From a virus: DNA of 64,000 nucleotides. Positions 26,086 through 36,713 of this stretch are shown piece by piece. Location of the stretch: positions 1-64,000 of the IMG/VR virus record IMGVR_UViG_3300030116_004830, one strand, 5' to 3'. Position 1 is the stretch's first letter. Each line of letters starts with the position of its first letter. A program made the position numbers and the translations under genes. The notes under the pieces were generated by a model. It was not told the origin of the DNA, searched no databases, and saw only the letters and a list, made by a program, of their open reading frames with translations.

Positions 26086-29000
26086 GTTAAATCCTCCTCT
26101 CTAATTATCTCTGTTACTGTTTCTTGTGGTCCCATAGTTGTCCCGAAATCTAATTTTCTTGAAGTTAATGTTTGGAATCCTAGTGTGAAAGCATTGGTAT
26201 CCGCTAAACCTATCCTTCTGATGACTAAACTTAATTCTTTCAGTTTAACGGAGTCAAAGAAATCTAAAGGAGCAGTAGTAGAAGTAAACTGACTTCCTCT
26301 AATCGAGGCCGAATTTGATTTATTCAGCATCGACAATTCTGCAAATCTATTTGCTAAATCTTTACGATATGTTCCTACTTCTAATTCTATTAGTCCCTTC
26401 AATTCTCTTCTAATTTCATAGACCTTGTAGGTATCTTTGGGAACTCCCTCAGATGGGAAATCAAGAGTAACAATGTCTCCCGCCTTTACAAATTCAATTC
26501 CAGTAATCGACATTCTTACAGTAAATCTATCATCACCCTCGGAGTGAGCCTTGAGTAATCCTTTCGCACGATTATCTACATCATCTTGTGAAACAAGTTC
26601 CATGTTTACCTCTTCTAAGGTTTTCTTACCAAACTTGTCGATACTCTTGCGGTTTCTCTTAATTGATTTTATTCCGTTACCATATACAATAATTTCATTG
26701 TAAAGGTCAAAGGTAGATTTATTTCTAGTTACGCTAATTATCTTCAAATCATTATTTTCATATGAAAGAGTAACATCTCTAAAGTCCAAATCATTACTTT
26801 GTTTAATTAAAGATACTCCCTTTTCATCTACTCTAATCTCTTTTTCTTTGTATTTAGCGGCGAAATTAGTAGCATTGAACAAGTCAACTCCTTGGAAATT
26901 AGGAGAAATATAGTAGGGATATTCTCTATTATCTGAAATATCATACGATATACCTTCATCAGATAATACATTATTGACTATGTTTTCTACCTCTTCTCCT
27001 ATCACTAATGTAGAACCTATTCTAGCAGAAGTCACATCTTCTATGTTAACTGGAACATTACTCTTAATGGTAAATATTTCACCAAAAGAAACTAATCCTA
27101 ATAGCGGTTGCTCGATTTTACCTATTGATAATTTACATAATGGAGTTTCATCATAGTAATTGGTATTGACTCCCATAGATATTTTTTGTTTATTTACTCC
27201 ATCTGTAAGAAGCATGTTGTATGCCTCTCCATTCTTGAATGTGTTACGATTACCACTTGGGTTAAACAAGTGAGAATAATTCCTTAGAACTGTATATGTA
27301 TTATTGTAGACATAACCTGTTCCACTGTGATTAGTTCCTCTATATTGCCCTGCTATAGTTAAACTGCTTGTGCTTTCTATGGACTTAACGAAATAATTAC
27401 CATGTAATAATCTAATTACATCTCCTTCTTGTATTACACTAGAAGTAAACAAACTACTACTAGTGACTGTTGACGATTTATCATTTACTGCAACAGTGCC
27501 TATTTCTTTGAATTTTGAATGCCTAGCATCCATATCTACGGCTAAATACATAGACATTGGAGGTTCATTATCACCGATTGTCCCATCATAATTACTCAAT
27601 ATTTGTTCTTCATCAGGACCAGTAAAGTTATTGCTAGAATTAATATTAGTAAGGCTAGGAACATAACCATACATAGAATCGGATTGAGGCATTTTAGTAG
27701 TGGAACCTGATAGTTTTCCGATGGATATTTCATTAGGAGAATTAGGCCATAGACAAGTTTCAGCAGGGCGCATCACTCTATAGTTATTGAAGAACTGAAC
27801 CTCCCCACTCTTATTGTGAGGGATATTATCTATTAATAATTCATGAGCCACTTCCTTTCCTGTTGCGTTTCTTCGATGTTCATGGACATAGATAATATGG
27901 TCAGGGTCTACCATACAATCATCTAAACCAGTTGAGCCTCCTCCTGAGCCTCTAAATCCTAAAGTATTACTTTGAGTTGCCGCAGTAGGGGTATTACTAA
28001 GAGTAAATTGACTCGCTGAATCTACAGAATTAATAACGAAACTGGCTATTCCATGCCCCTTAACTAGCATTCCTGCTCTCAGTAATTGCCTAATATCTTC
28101 ATCTCCTGTATATGTTACTACCCCATTAGAATTAGAATAGGCACAATTAGACAAAAAGAAATCTTCTTCAATAACTCTAATTTTAGTAGAGCGCTCACCA
28201 TCAGTCCCAAAAAGAGGAGAAATATAAGCGGCAGGAATATCATAGGCTTCATCAGCAAGAACTGAACCATAGGTGTTTACGGTTAATTCTCCACTAAAGG
28301 GAGCAAAATTCCTTCTAGATGTTTTCTTTCCTTCTTCAGTTCCAAAATTAGCGACTAAATACATTCCAGTTAAATCTACGAAATTAAGCCAAGAATTTTT
28401 ATCATTATGGTTGAAGTTCCTGTCCGAACTTGAATCATTAGGAGAAGGGGAACTTAGTATTCTTAATACTCCTAAATCCTTATTTGTATTAGATACGTTA
28501 TCTCTAGATTGTTGATTTATGGAACGGAAGGTGAATACCCCTTCTTGTCTTTCGTTTGCATCAATATCGCCACCAGTAGTATTCAATGTTGATTTACAAA
28601 TTCCTCCTAAAAATAATTCAGGATGAAAAACACCAAAAACTCCGTTAGCAATATATCCCGTTCCTTGCCCGACATAACTAAATTGATTAGCGTTTTGAGT
28701 TAAATCTGAATTAAAATTAGCAAACCCTGATTTCCAATTACCTAGTGTAGTTAAGAAGTTAAATTCATTGCTTTTCTCATTAAAATAAGATGCAGTATCT
28801 ATATTACCTGCACCATCACCATAAATGGCTTCTGACTTATTGGCATCACTAGTAGCAGGTGCAGATAATCTAGGCCTTGAATGACCGAAATTTTTAGTTA
28901 TTCCTTGTTGTAAATTTCTAATCAATGTTCTTGCGCCCACTGGTAAATTAGTCGGCAAAGAATCTTCAACAGTATATCCCGCTAAACTAATAACGGAACA

Positions 29001-32000
29001 TCCAGCATACGGATTTCCTCCGTGTTGTATGAATTCTAATACGTTAGACGGATGACTGTATTCTGTATCTATGGTATTATCTACGTTGTAATGCAGTTCA
29101 TCGTTATTATTCAACGCCACTGCGTTTCTTGAAAACAAGGTAATTTGAGTAGCAGTAACGGCTTTGACTTTTCCTACGGGGTTATTAGAGGGGTCATAAA
29201 CAACTGAATTAACAGGGAATTTAGAAACGGCATCAGAACTTCCACCTGAACCATCATCTACTGTTATTGTAAATTGATTTTCTGAACTAAAATTACTTTC
29301 ATTAACTACTACACCACTATTCGCAGGAGTCATTGACCTATTTACTAAATATCTTTTATCTTGCATACTATTAATCGTTAGACCAGTAGAAATTTTACTA
29401 GCAGAAGTAGCGTAAAAGGTTCTAAATGCAGGAGGTAAGGCAATTATTGGATTATAGGCTATTTGCGAACTAGAAGGTAAATTAAAGGCGTAGGTAGTAT
29501 CTCCTCCCGTTGGGTCAGTAGCATTACTAACAGGGTCAATTATTGCGTGGGGACCCATCGCTTGAATGAAGTTTCTAGTGAAACTTCTAAGGAATTTTGG
29601 TGATGGGTCATCAGATGAAGGCTCACTAATATTAGCATCTATGTTGGTATCATCGGGTCCTGCATCTGTTTTTTCATAAGCGGCATTGTGAATTGCTAAT
29701 CCTATTGGTCCGTTTGATGGCCTATTAGGACCATGTGAAGTATGGTTGCTCCCTTCTTCCACTACTCCGTAAGGAATTTGGTAAAACAGATATGGTAATA
29801 CCCCATTAACGGGATGTCTAGTATGAGGAATTAAATCATAAGTAGTATCCTGACTGGCCGCCTCATGATAAGAGGCGTTCCACATCTGTTGAAGCATATG
29901 AGTTTCAGCCTTCTCTGTAGGAGCAGTAAAGGTATTCTTTCCTCCTTTGCCTTTAGTTCGGAATCTAAAGAAAGAATCCCAATAATCTTGTTCGGCTAAG
30001 GTAGAAGTTCCATCGCTTACAACGTAAAGATAACCATGATATAATCCTGCACTACCATCTGATTTTATTATTTTACGACTAGCCCCTTCAAGTTCTATGT
30101 GATGTTCAAAAGTTAAATTTACATTATTAGCAGAAGAACCAGTAAAATTAGCACTAATTACAAACTCAGTAACATCTGTTCCTTCTGTTCCTGTAGTAAT
30201 AGAAACAACAGAAGCGTTATCAGGAAATCCTGATATTGTCCCAGTTGGTCTTACTTCCATCCCAATTCTTACATTCGCAGAAGCATCACATGTAATACTA
30301 GCAGAGCCATTCGTAATATCACAAGTGTTATCAGTAACCGCATCAGCAGTTCTTTTTACCTTTCCGAGATAATGCCCTGTGCATGTAAATATTTGGTCGC
30401 CAGTTTGCAGTAAAGCACTAGGATTATTATCTAAATTAATGATAGTATCACCATCTCCATAAAAAGCACTTAAGAAGTTAGCATCACTTCCCGTTGTTCT
30501 CAAAGGTAATCTTTTGAGAGCCTGATACCTACTGTATTCAAAATTAGGAGTAGTCATTTTTGTTATATCAGAAGGTAATCTTTCAGGGTCTATTAGATTG
30601 AAATGCCAGTCGTAAGTGCAATCAATTAATCTCATCAACCCAAATCTTTTCATTTCAGATGGAGCAATAGAGGCACTACTAATAGGAATAGTAGTATAAT
30701 TATCATCAGTTTCTTCTTCATCTTGTAAAGTTCCTTCATAATGTGCATGAGGTGTATTACTATTTGAAAACGAACTCTTAGATTTTAACAACAAACTGTA
30801 ATCGGAAAAACTTCTACTAATTGCTGTTTCGCTACTAGAATCGTAATTAACAACGCCTGAATATCCAATATGGTGTTTTCTCGACATAGAATCGGGATAC
30901 ATATCGGCGGAAGAAAAGATAAACCATCTTAGTGCTTTAGGGTCAGGCAATTCCCAATGGTCCTTTGCCCTAGTGATTCCATCAAATTTAGGACCAATCC
31001 AAGGCGGATGTAAAACGGTTATTTCCTCATAACCCGTAGTGGTCTTTGCTGAACCTCCAACGAATCCTACACCTGCGGTTCCTATCTTAGTAAAGGGAGG
31101 CTTCGTAGTATCCATTGTAAATTTACCTGCAACATCAGCGCTTAATGCAGATAATTTAAATGTTCTATTATTGTTTTTATCATTTTGTCCACCTATCTTA
31201 ACCCATTGACTACCTAAACTCTCTGTAATAGTATCACTGCTTCCTGCATTAGGCTCAATATAAGATGCCGCACTACCTCCTGCATAAGTAATATCATAAT
31301 CAAAATCGTCAGAGTCGGAGGCTAAGGCTTTCCATTTTCTATATTTTAAAACCGTATGAGGAACAGTGCTATTTTCAGGAGCATCCAAATCTTCTTGCCA
31401 GTCCCCTCCTCTGTGATTATCATGTAATCTAGCCATATATCTAGGATAAATACCTACACGATATTGGGTGTGGTCAGGAGTTACAATAGCAGTTCCATGC
31501 TTATCGAAGTCAGCAAAGTTACTACCCATAACAGGTCTAAAGTCCCTAGATTCAGGAGAAAGATATTCCAAGAAGAAATTTGGTTTTCTAATACCATTAG
31601 TTAACTCAACAGAATCATTGGTATAAGGTTCTAATAAAGTATCAGATGCGCTATCATAAGCCATTCTTGTTATACCCCAAGCAAAATCATTATTGTGATA
31701 ACCATAAGGAAATTTCATTAATTTATTTTTACCATATTTAGCATCAGATATTCTGTATGCAGTAGCATAACCATTCACTCTACCTTTTTCAAAAGAATAA
31801 GTGGTTTTGGGTTTTCCGTCCTTTAATCTCCTACTAACATATGAAAGGTATTTACCCTTCTGCAAACCAAAGTATCTCCATTTGGTATTACCGTATCTAT
31901 CAATTAAATCAGACATTATAGTTAAGGCTGTAGAATGTGGTTGGTATGCTCCTGCGCTACTTTCTGCTACACTGCCATCAGTAACATAATGGAATAAACC

Positions 32001-35000
32001 TGAAGCCCACTTGATAGGTTTACAATTACCATCTGCTTCATTAGGACTAGACAATATAGGATTGGTTAGAGTTAAAACTCCTCCTTGACTTAATCCCTGT
32101 GTATTTAGGAAGTATAGACCTTGAGTAAAATAGTCGGTTAAAACCGTTATTCTAACTGTTTGGCCACTACTATCATTTGAAAATGAACCAAGACCAGAGG
32201 CAGGAATTTTACCACTAGGATGTTTTCTAGTGAATAATATAACTTCGGTATCGTCTTCAAATACATGGCCGATAGAAAACACTCCTAAGTTATCATACAT
32301 TGAATGAGAAACTAGACCTTCAATTTTAATTCGCATACCTGCTTCTAAACTTTGTAAAAAGGCTTGTGCAGTAGCATCACTACTTTTTATTACTGCGGCA
32401 TTAAATTCTGTAGAAGCAAATGTTGTAGCGCTTGCATAATTACTAAAGTGTATTCCTGTTCCTGAAAAATATTGAGCAGGAGAAGCATCACCATAATATT
32501 TCATAATCTTTTCAGTAGCAGTTATAGTTTTGAAAAGGGGTCTATCTAGAGTAAAGGCTACTCTATCATTTAAAATTCCATCACTAGACCCTAAACTAAT
32601 ATCTATAATTTTACCAAACAGTTCTCCGTTTTCATCAAAGATATAATCTCCCTGCTTTAATTCTTCCATCCAACTAGCCTGTGCTATTTGGAATACTCCA
32701 TTATATCCGTTTATTTCAGAACTAGTAAATGCCCCTACTTGTAATAGATATTTATCTCTAGAATCTATCGGGTTATCATCTATTCTAGCGAATACTGCGG
32801 GACAAATTGGAGCCATTTCTATGATAGTTTCTCGTTCATTAGATGATAAATTAATTACATCATATTCTGTTAATGAATTTACAGTGTGAAAATTGACGTA
32901 ATTGATTCCATATTTATTGGTAATTTCATCTGCTAAATTACAATAAAAGGGATAATCGTAATCTACACCATCAGGACTGTTAATGCTATATCCTTTAGCC
33001 AATGGATGAGAACTACTAGAGGTTCCCACTAAGTCAGTTCCATCTTTAAATGGAGCATAATCATCAGTTAGTGTTAATGATTTTCCACCAGTAAATATTA
33101 TGCCTTTATCTTTAGTTCCTAATAACGAATTAACCCTTGTAGAATTAAAAGGATTAGCGGAAAGAGATTTGGCTAAACTAACGGTATTACCTTTGATATA
33201 TTGTCTATAGATGTTAGCGGTAGATGTATCAGCCAAATCTTGTGAATTAGGAAATATTTCACTAGGAGTTTGATAAAAACTACCCATTAGAGTTTCGCCA
33301 TCTTTCAATCTTGTAGGAATACCTTCTTCAAACAAAATCACGGCAGGGGTAAAATCACCATCACTATCAACATCAGTGATTTTATGCACTCTACCTAAAA
33401 ATACACCTTGAGTAGTGTATATCAAATCACCCTGTTGTATAGTTAATGTTGTGCCTTGGGTAGTAGTAGATGAAGAGATTTGATTAACTTGAATTTCAGT
33501 TGTTCCAACAGGATAAGTTCCATCATCAGTAAAGGTTGTGCCGTGAGTAGTATGGTTATGAGTAGTAAGTTCGACTTGACCAAATGCCGCCATTCTTTCT
33601 ACTGGACCGACAGTAGAGTAAACAATGTCTTCTGTAAATTTAAAATCTTTATTTACAATAGGCCCTAACAAATCAGAAACAGTATTTCTACCTCTAATTT
33701 TTAATTTAAACATTCCATCTTCTATTACCTGCTCTACACTTTCAACAGTCCCTTTGAAAACGGTTCTTTCAATATCAATGGTTCCTGAGAAATAATCTAG
33801 ATAACTTAGAACTCCTCTTGCATAAAAGTTGGTAGAAGAATCAGACCTATTCAAATCATAACGATAAGCAGAACCGCCGCCATCTAATCCTGAATTTATG
33901 GAATAACCGTAAAGGGAAACATTTGAAATTTTATCTAAGTAAGGAGTAACATCTGTTCGATTGAAATTTTCTAAAAATCTTTCATCCTTAAGATGAGTTT
34001 GTAGTTTCAAGAAACTATTGTGCTTGTCTCCATATTCTACTTTAATACGATGACCTGTAACTGGGCCTCCCTTTAGGACCAAGTGAATATCATTATTTCT
34101 TGAGTGGGATGCCTTTTCTAATTCTATTTCTCCTACATTTAAGGTAGGTCTAGTGTTAGCCCCTGCCCCTGTAATACTATCATTTGTAGGATTAAGAGTT
34201 TCAATTAAGGTTTCATAATCTCTAACATTTCTATTCCAATTATTATCAGCAACGGAATGATTACCTGATAAAATATAATTAGTAATTTTAGAATCAATTG
34301 GAATATTTGTAAGTAAATTGTCTGCTAAGAACGAATATTTTCTTCTAAATGCTTTTGCGCTAAAAGAAGGAACGGTAGTCATAGCAGTAACGCTAGTTAG
34401 AACGTATTCTGTATCCGTAGCCTTTCTCCAACTACGAACTCCCATTGCTTGAGTAGTCCCATTATTAGTTCCTGATGCTTTATTATCAATCTTATCAATA
34501 TTAAAATGATAAAGAGTTCCATCTATGTTTGTAGTAATGGTATCATTAAGCGGGTCATATCTACTACCTGTAGAGGTGCTACTATTAGGAATAACAGAAG
34601 ATAAAAGAAATTTCATATCTTTTTGATTACCTAAATTATTAGCCTGTATTGTATCTACTCCTGTTATAGGCACTGAATACTCTACATCAGCAATTGGAAA
34701 TGTTCTTTCTTTACCTACTGTTTCACTTTCAATAATATGGTTAATTAGAATTGAATCTCCTTCTTTTATTTTCTTAGCAAGAATCTTTTGAGTATCAGCA
34801 AATACAATATCTACATAACCACCAGTAGAAGTTACTGATTCATATTCTATCATCTCCATAGCATTAGGAATAATTGTATTTGTAAGTGGAGAATCACAAT
34901 AATGCATGTATCGTGAATAACCCGTTGTAGTAGAATAAAGAGCATCATCTGTTGTTCTGTTAGCCATTCTAAAAGAATCCTTAAATTCGTTATTTGAATC

Positions 35001-36713
35001 TACTAATGAGTAAATCTTGTTATGGTCTAAATCTACAGAACTAGCAAGAGTAATAATTTTCTTAGAAGTAGAGGCCACATTGTCTTGTGCGGTAAAATCT
35101 CCTGTATCTAAAGTAATAGTATTAGAAATTGATTCTGTAGCACTATCTATACAATAAACATCATCATTTGCCGATGTTGCTGAACCCAATACCGCTATTC
35201 TCGTATCTCTCAATATACCATCTATTCCCCAGTTAGTTCCTTCGGTTCCATCTAAGTCGGTAGTAAACGCATCTGCGGCCCCAGTAATAGTATCGTTAGA
35301 ACCCCCATTATCGTTCAATCTAACTGCGGTATTAGAATAACTTCGATAATTTACTGCCGCAGGATTGTCTGCCTTATACATCATATCTACTAAGGTAGCC
35401 TCCATAGTAAATGGCCCATAATCTACAATATGTGCTTCATACTCTTGGTCGGTAACAAAGGTAGAATAAGTGTAGATATGGGCTGAACCAGTCCACGATG
35501 AACTTCTAAGAATATATCTCGTAGCAGGTTCTAACCTGTCTTTTCCATTTAAGAAATAAAAGAATGGTCGAGATACATGGGTGTTAATATGATGTCTTAT
35601 ACTAGAATCTGTAGCCTGTAAACCATAAGCACAAGCAACTAATGTTTGATTATCTGAATCTATCTTAGGTAGATTAGAATCTAAAGAAGAAAAGACCGCA
35701 AACTTAGTATCTTTAGGAATATCTACACCTAATGAAGGACTAAATTCTATTCTATCTCCAAAAACATCATCCTCTAATATCTCAGTAATTTTAGCAAAAT
35801 GATGTTTATTTCCATCGTCAGAATAAACTAACACCCATAAATGGTCAATGTTTTGTTTTAAGAATACTTCATCATTAGCGTAACTATCAGGGGTAGTATT
35901 ATTGAATCCTCTAACAACAGTTAAATCATTAGAACTAATATTGGTGATAAGCATTTCTTCATTTTTAACAATAATAATATCGTTAATCGAAAGACCACTT
36001 GCACTAGTTACTGCAACAATAGTATCAGTAGCAGTTTCACTTCCACTTAATGTAGTTAAATGTGAAATAAATCGCTGTCCTGTTTGGGACAAAAAATCAA
36101 ACGTCTTCAATTGGTTTCCTGAAGTAACTGATAGATTCGATAAATGGTCACTAATGGTAGTAGAATTAGGATATACTCGATTTACTGCTGAATAAGTTTG
36201 AGTGGTAAAAGATAAACCGATTGTTCCATTACCTGTTGGTGCATTTGATAGAACTAAACTAGTGCCATCTGTTACTGAACTCACTGTAGTATTATCAGGT
36301 ATTATTCCACCAGTAGGTCCTACGGACATTCCTGCAACTATACCTGTCGTATCCCCACTACTTATCGTAGTATTTCCACTGCTTACTGTAAAGGTTGTAA
36401 CTACTTGATGTGATTGATTGATTCCTTTAGTTACATTAGCCATTGTAACATTATCTGCTTTGTGTATTTCATAACTATTAATTGATTCATCAGCAGTAAA
36501 CGCAGTAAAGTTAGCAAACGCTTCTCCCATCGTTCCTCTAGTAAGTAGAGGATTTAGAGGGGTTTTGTAAAGCGCCTTATCGAATATATTGTCTAGATAA
36601 TTAGCCGAAGAAGAAGTTGATTTTCCACTTACTACCGTTTGAGCGCTAGTGCTTTCGACATTCCCTTTACCCATAGCAAAGACACCAGTAAAATTACCCA
36701 TGCCTTTGGTCAT
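26082..36713 (-). CDS. giant 3543-aa tail-tip/baseplate-hub-like protein
   Basis: Hub-like segments VFKGTVESV...LKIRGR and SIDKFGKK...AKGLL...KAGDIVTL, many repeated beta modules, downstream of tape measure. Confidence 0.7.
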   Translation of the reverse strand: MTKGMGNFTGVFAMGKGNVESTSAQTVVSGKSTSSSANYLDNIFDKALYKTPLNPLLTRGTMGEAFANFTAFTADESINSYEIHKADNVTMANVTKGINQSHQVVTTFTVSSGNTTISSGDTTGIVAGMSVGPTGGIIPDNTTVSSVTDGTSLVLSNAPTGNGTIGLSFTTQTYSAVNRVYPNSTTISDHLSNLSVTSGNQLKTFDFLSQTGQRFISHLTTLSGSETATDTIVAVTSASGLSINDIIIVKNEEMLITNISSNDLTVVRGFNNTTPDSYANDEVFLKQNIDHLWVLVYSDDGNKHHFAKITEILEDDVFGDRIEFSPSLGVDIPKDTKFAVFSSLDSNLPKIDSDNQTLVACAYGLQATDSSIRHHINTHVSRPFFYFLNGKDRLEPATRYILRSSSWTGSAHIYTYSTFVTDQEYEAHIVDYGPFTMEATLVDMMYKADNPAAVNYRSYSNTAVRLNDNGGSNDTITGAADAFTTDLDGTEGTNWGIDGILRDTRIAVLGSATSANDDVYCIDSATESISNTITLDTGDFTAQDNVASTSKKIITLASSVDLDHNKIYSLVDSNNEFKDSFRMANRTTDDALYSTTTGYSRYMHYCDSPLTNTIIPNAMEMIEYESVTSTGGYVDIVFADTQKILAKKIKEGDSILINHIIESETVGKERTFPIADVEYSVPITGVDTIQANNLGNQKDMKFLLSSVIPNSSTSTGSRYDPLNDTITTNIDGTLYHFNIDKIDNKASGTNNGTTQAMGVRSWRKATDTEYVLTSVTAMTTVPSFSAKAFRRKYSFLADNLLTNIPIDSKITNYILSGNHSVADNNWNRNVRDYETLIETLNPTNDSITGAGANTRPTLNVGEIELEKASHSRNNDIHLVLKGGPVTGHRIKVEYGDKHNSFLKLQTHLKDERFLENFNRTDVTPYLDKISNVSLYGYSINSGLDGGGSAYRYDLNRSDSSTNFYARGVLSYLDYFSGTIDIERTVFKGTVESVEQVIEDGMFKLKIRGRNTVSDLLGPIVNKDFKFTEDIVYSTVGPVERMAAFGQVELTTHNHTTHGTTFTDDGTYPVGTTEIQVNQISSSTTTQGTTLTIQQGDLIYTTQGVFLGRVHKITDVDSDGDFTPAVILFEEGIPTRLKDGETLMGSFYQTPSEIFPNSQDLADTSTANIYRQYIKGNTVSLAKSLSANPFNSTRVNSLLGTKDKGIIFTGGKSLTLTDDYAPFKDGTDLVGTSSSSHPLAKGYSINSPDGVDYDYPFYCNLADEITNKYGINYVNFHTVNSLTEYDVINLSSNERETIIEMAPICPAVFARIDDNPIDSRDKYLLQVGAFTSSEINGYNGVFQIAQASWMEELKQGDYIFDENGELFGKIIDISLGSSDGILNDRVAFTLDRPLFKTITATEKIMKYYGDASPAQYFSGTGIHFSNYASATTFASTEFNAAVIKSSDATAQAFLQSLEAGMRIKIEGLVSHSMYDNLGVFSIGHVFEDDTEVILFTRKHPSGKIPASGLGSFSNDSSGQTVRITVLTDYFTQGLYFLNTQGLSQGGVLTLTNPILSSPNEADGNCKPIKWASGLFHYVTDGSVAESSAGAYQPHSTALTIMSDLIDRYGNTKWRYFGLQKGKYLSYVSRRLKDGKPKTTYSFEKGRVNGYATAYRISDAKYGKNKLMKFPYGYHNNDFAWGITRMAYDSASDTLLEPYTNDSVELTNGIRKPNFFLEYLSPESRDFRPVMGSNFADFDKHGTAIVTPDHTQYRVGIYPRYMARLHDNHRGGDWQEDLDAPENSTVPHTVLKYRKWKALASDSDDFDYDITYAGGSAASYIEPNAGSSDTITESLGSQWVKIGGQNDKNNNRTFKLSALSADVAGKFTMDTTKPPFTKIGTAGVGFVGGSAKTTTGYEEITVLHPPWIGPKFDGITRAKDHWELPDPKALRWFIFSSADMYPDSMSRKHHIGYSGVVNYDSSSETAISRSFSDYSLLLKSKSSFSNSNTPHAHYEGTLQDEEETDDNYTTIPISSASIAPSEMKRFGLMRLIDCTYDWHFNLIDPERLPSDITKMTTPNFEYSRYQALKRLPLRTTGSDANFLSAFYGDGDTIINLDNNPSALLQTGDQIFTCTGHYLGKVKRTADAVTDNTCDITNGSASITCDASANVRIGMEVRPTGTISGFPDNASVVSITTGTEGTDVTEFVISANFTGSSANNVNLTFEHHIELEGASRKIIKSDGSAGLYHGYLYVVSDGTSTLAEQDYWDSFFRFRTKGKGGKNTFTAPTEKAETHMLQQMWNASYHEAASQDTTYDLIPHTRHPVNGVLPYLFYQIPYGVVEEGSNHTSHGPNRPSNGPIGLAIHNAAYEKTDAGPDDTNIDANISEPSSDDPSPKFLRSFTRNFIQAMGPHAIIDPVSNATDPTGGDTTYAFNLPSSSQIAYNPIIALPPAFRTFYATSASKISTGLTINSMQDKRYLVNRSMTPANSGVVVNESNFSSENQFTITVDDGSGGSSDAVSKFPVNSVVYDPSNNPVGKVKAVTATQITLFSRNAVALNNNDELHYNVDNTIDTEYSHPSNVLEFIQHGGNPYAGCSVISLAGYTVEDSLPTNLPVGARTLIRNLQQGITKNFGHSRPRLSAPATSDANKSEAIYGDGAGNIDTASYFNEKSNEFNFLTTLGNWKSGFANFNSDLTQNANQFSYVGQGTGYIANGVFGVFHPELFLGGICKSTLNTTGGDIDANERQEGVFTFRSINQQSRDNVSNTNKDLGVLRILSSPSPNDSSSDRNFNHNDKNSWLNFVDLTGMYLVANFGTEEGKKTSRRNFAPFSGELTVNTYGSVLADEAYDIPAAYISPLFGTDGERSTKIRVIEEDFFLSNCAYSNSNGVVTYTGDEDIRQLLRAGMLVKGHGIASFVINSVDSASQFTLSNTPTAATQSNTLGFRGSGGGSTGLDDCMVDPDHIIYVHEHRRNATGKEVAHELLIDNIPHNKSGEVQFFNNYRVMRPAETCLWPNSPNEISIGKLSGSTTKMPQSDSMYGYVPSLTNINSSNNFTGPDEEQILSNYDGTIGDNEPPMSMYLAVDMDARHSKFKEIGTVAVNDKSSTVTSSSLFTSSVIQEGDVIRLLHGNYFVKSIESTSSLTIAGQYRGTNHSGTGYVYNNTYTVLRNYSHLFNPSGNRNTFKNGEAYNMLLTDGVNKQKISMGVNTNYYDETPLCKLSIGKIEQPLLGLVSFGEIFTIKSNVPVNIEDVTSARIGSTLVIGEEVENIVNNVLSDEGISYDISDNREYPYYISPNFQGVDLFNATNFAAKYKEKEIRVDEKGVSLIKQSNDLDFRDVTLSYENNDLKIISVTRNKSTFDLYNEIIVYGNGIKSIKRNRKSIDKFGKKTLEEVNMELVSQDDVDNRAKGLLKAHSEGDDRFTVRMSITGIEFVKAGDIVTLDFPSEGVPKDTYKVYEIRRELKGLIELEVGTYRKDLANRFAELSMLNKSNSASIRGSQFTSTTAPLDFFDSVKLKELSLVIRRIGLADTNAFTLGFQTLTSRKLDFGTTMGPQETVTEIIREEDLT

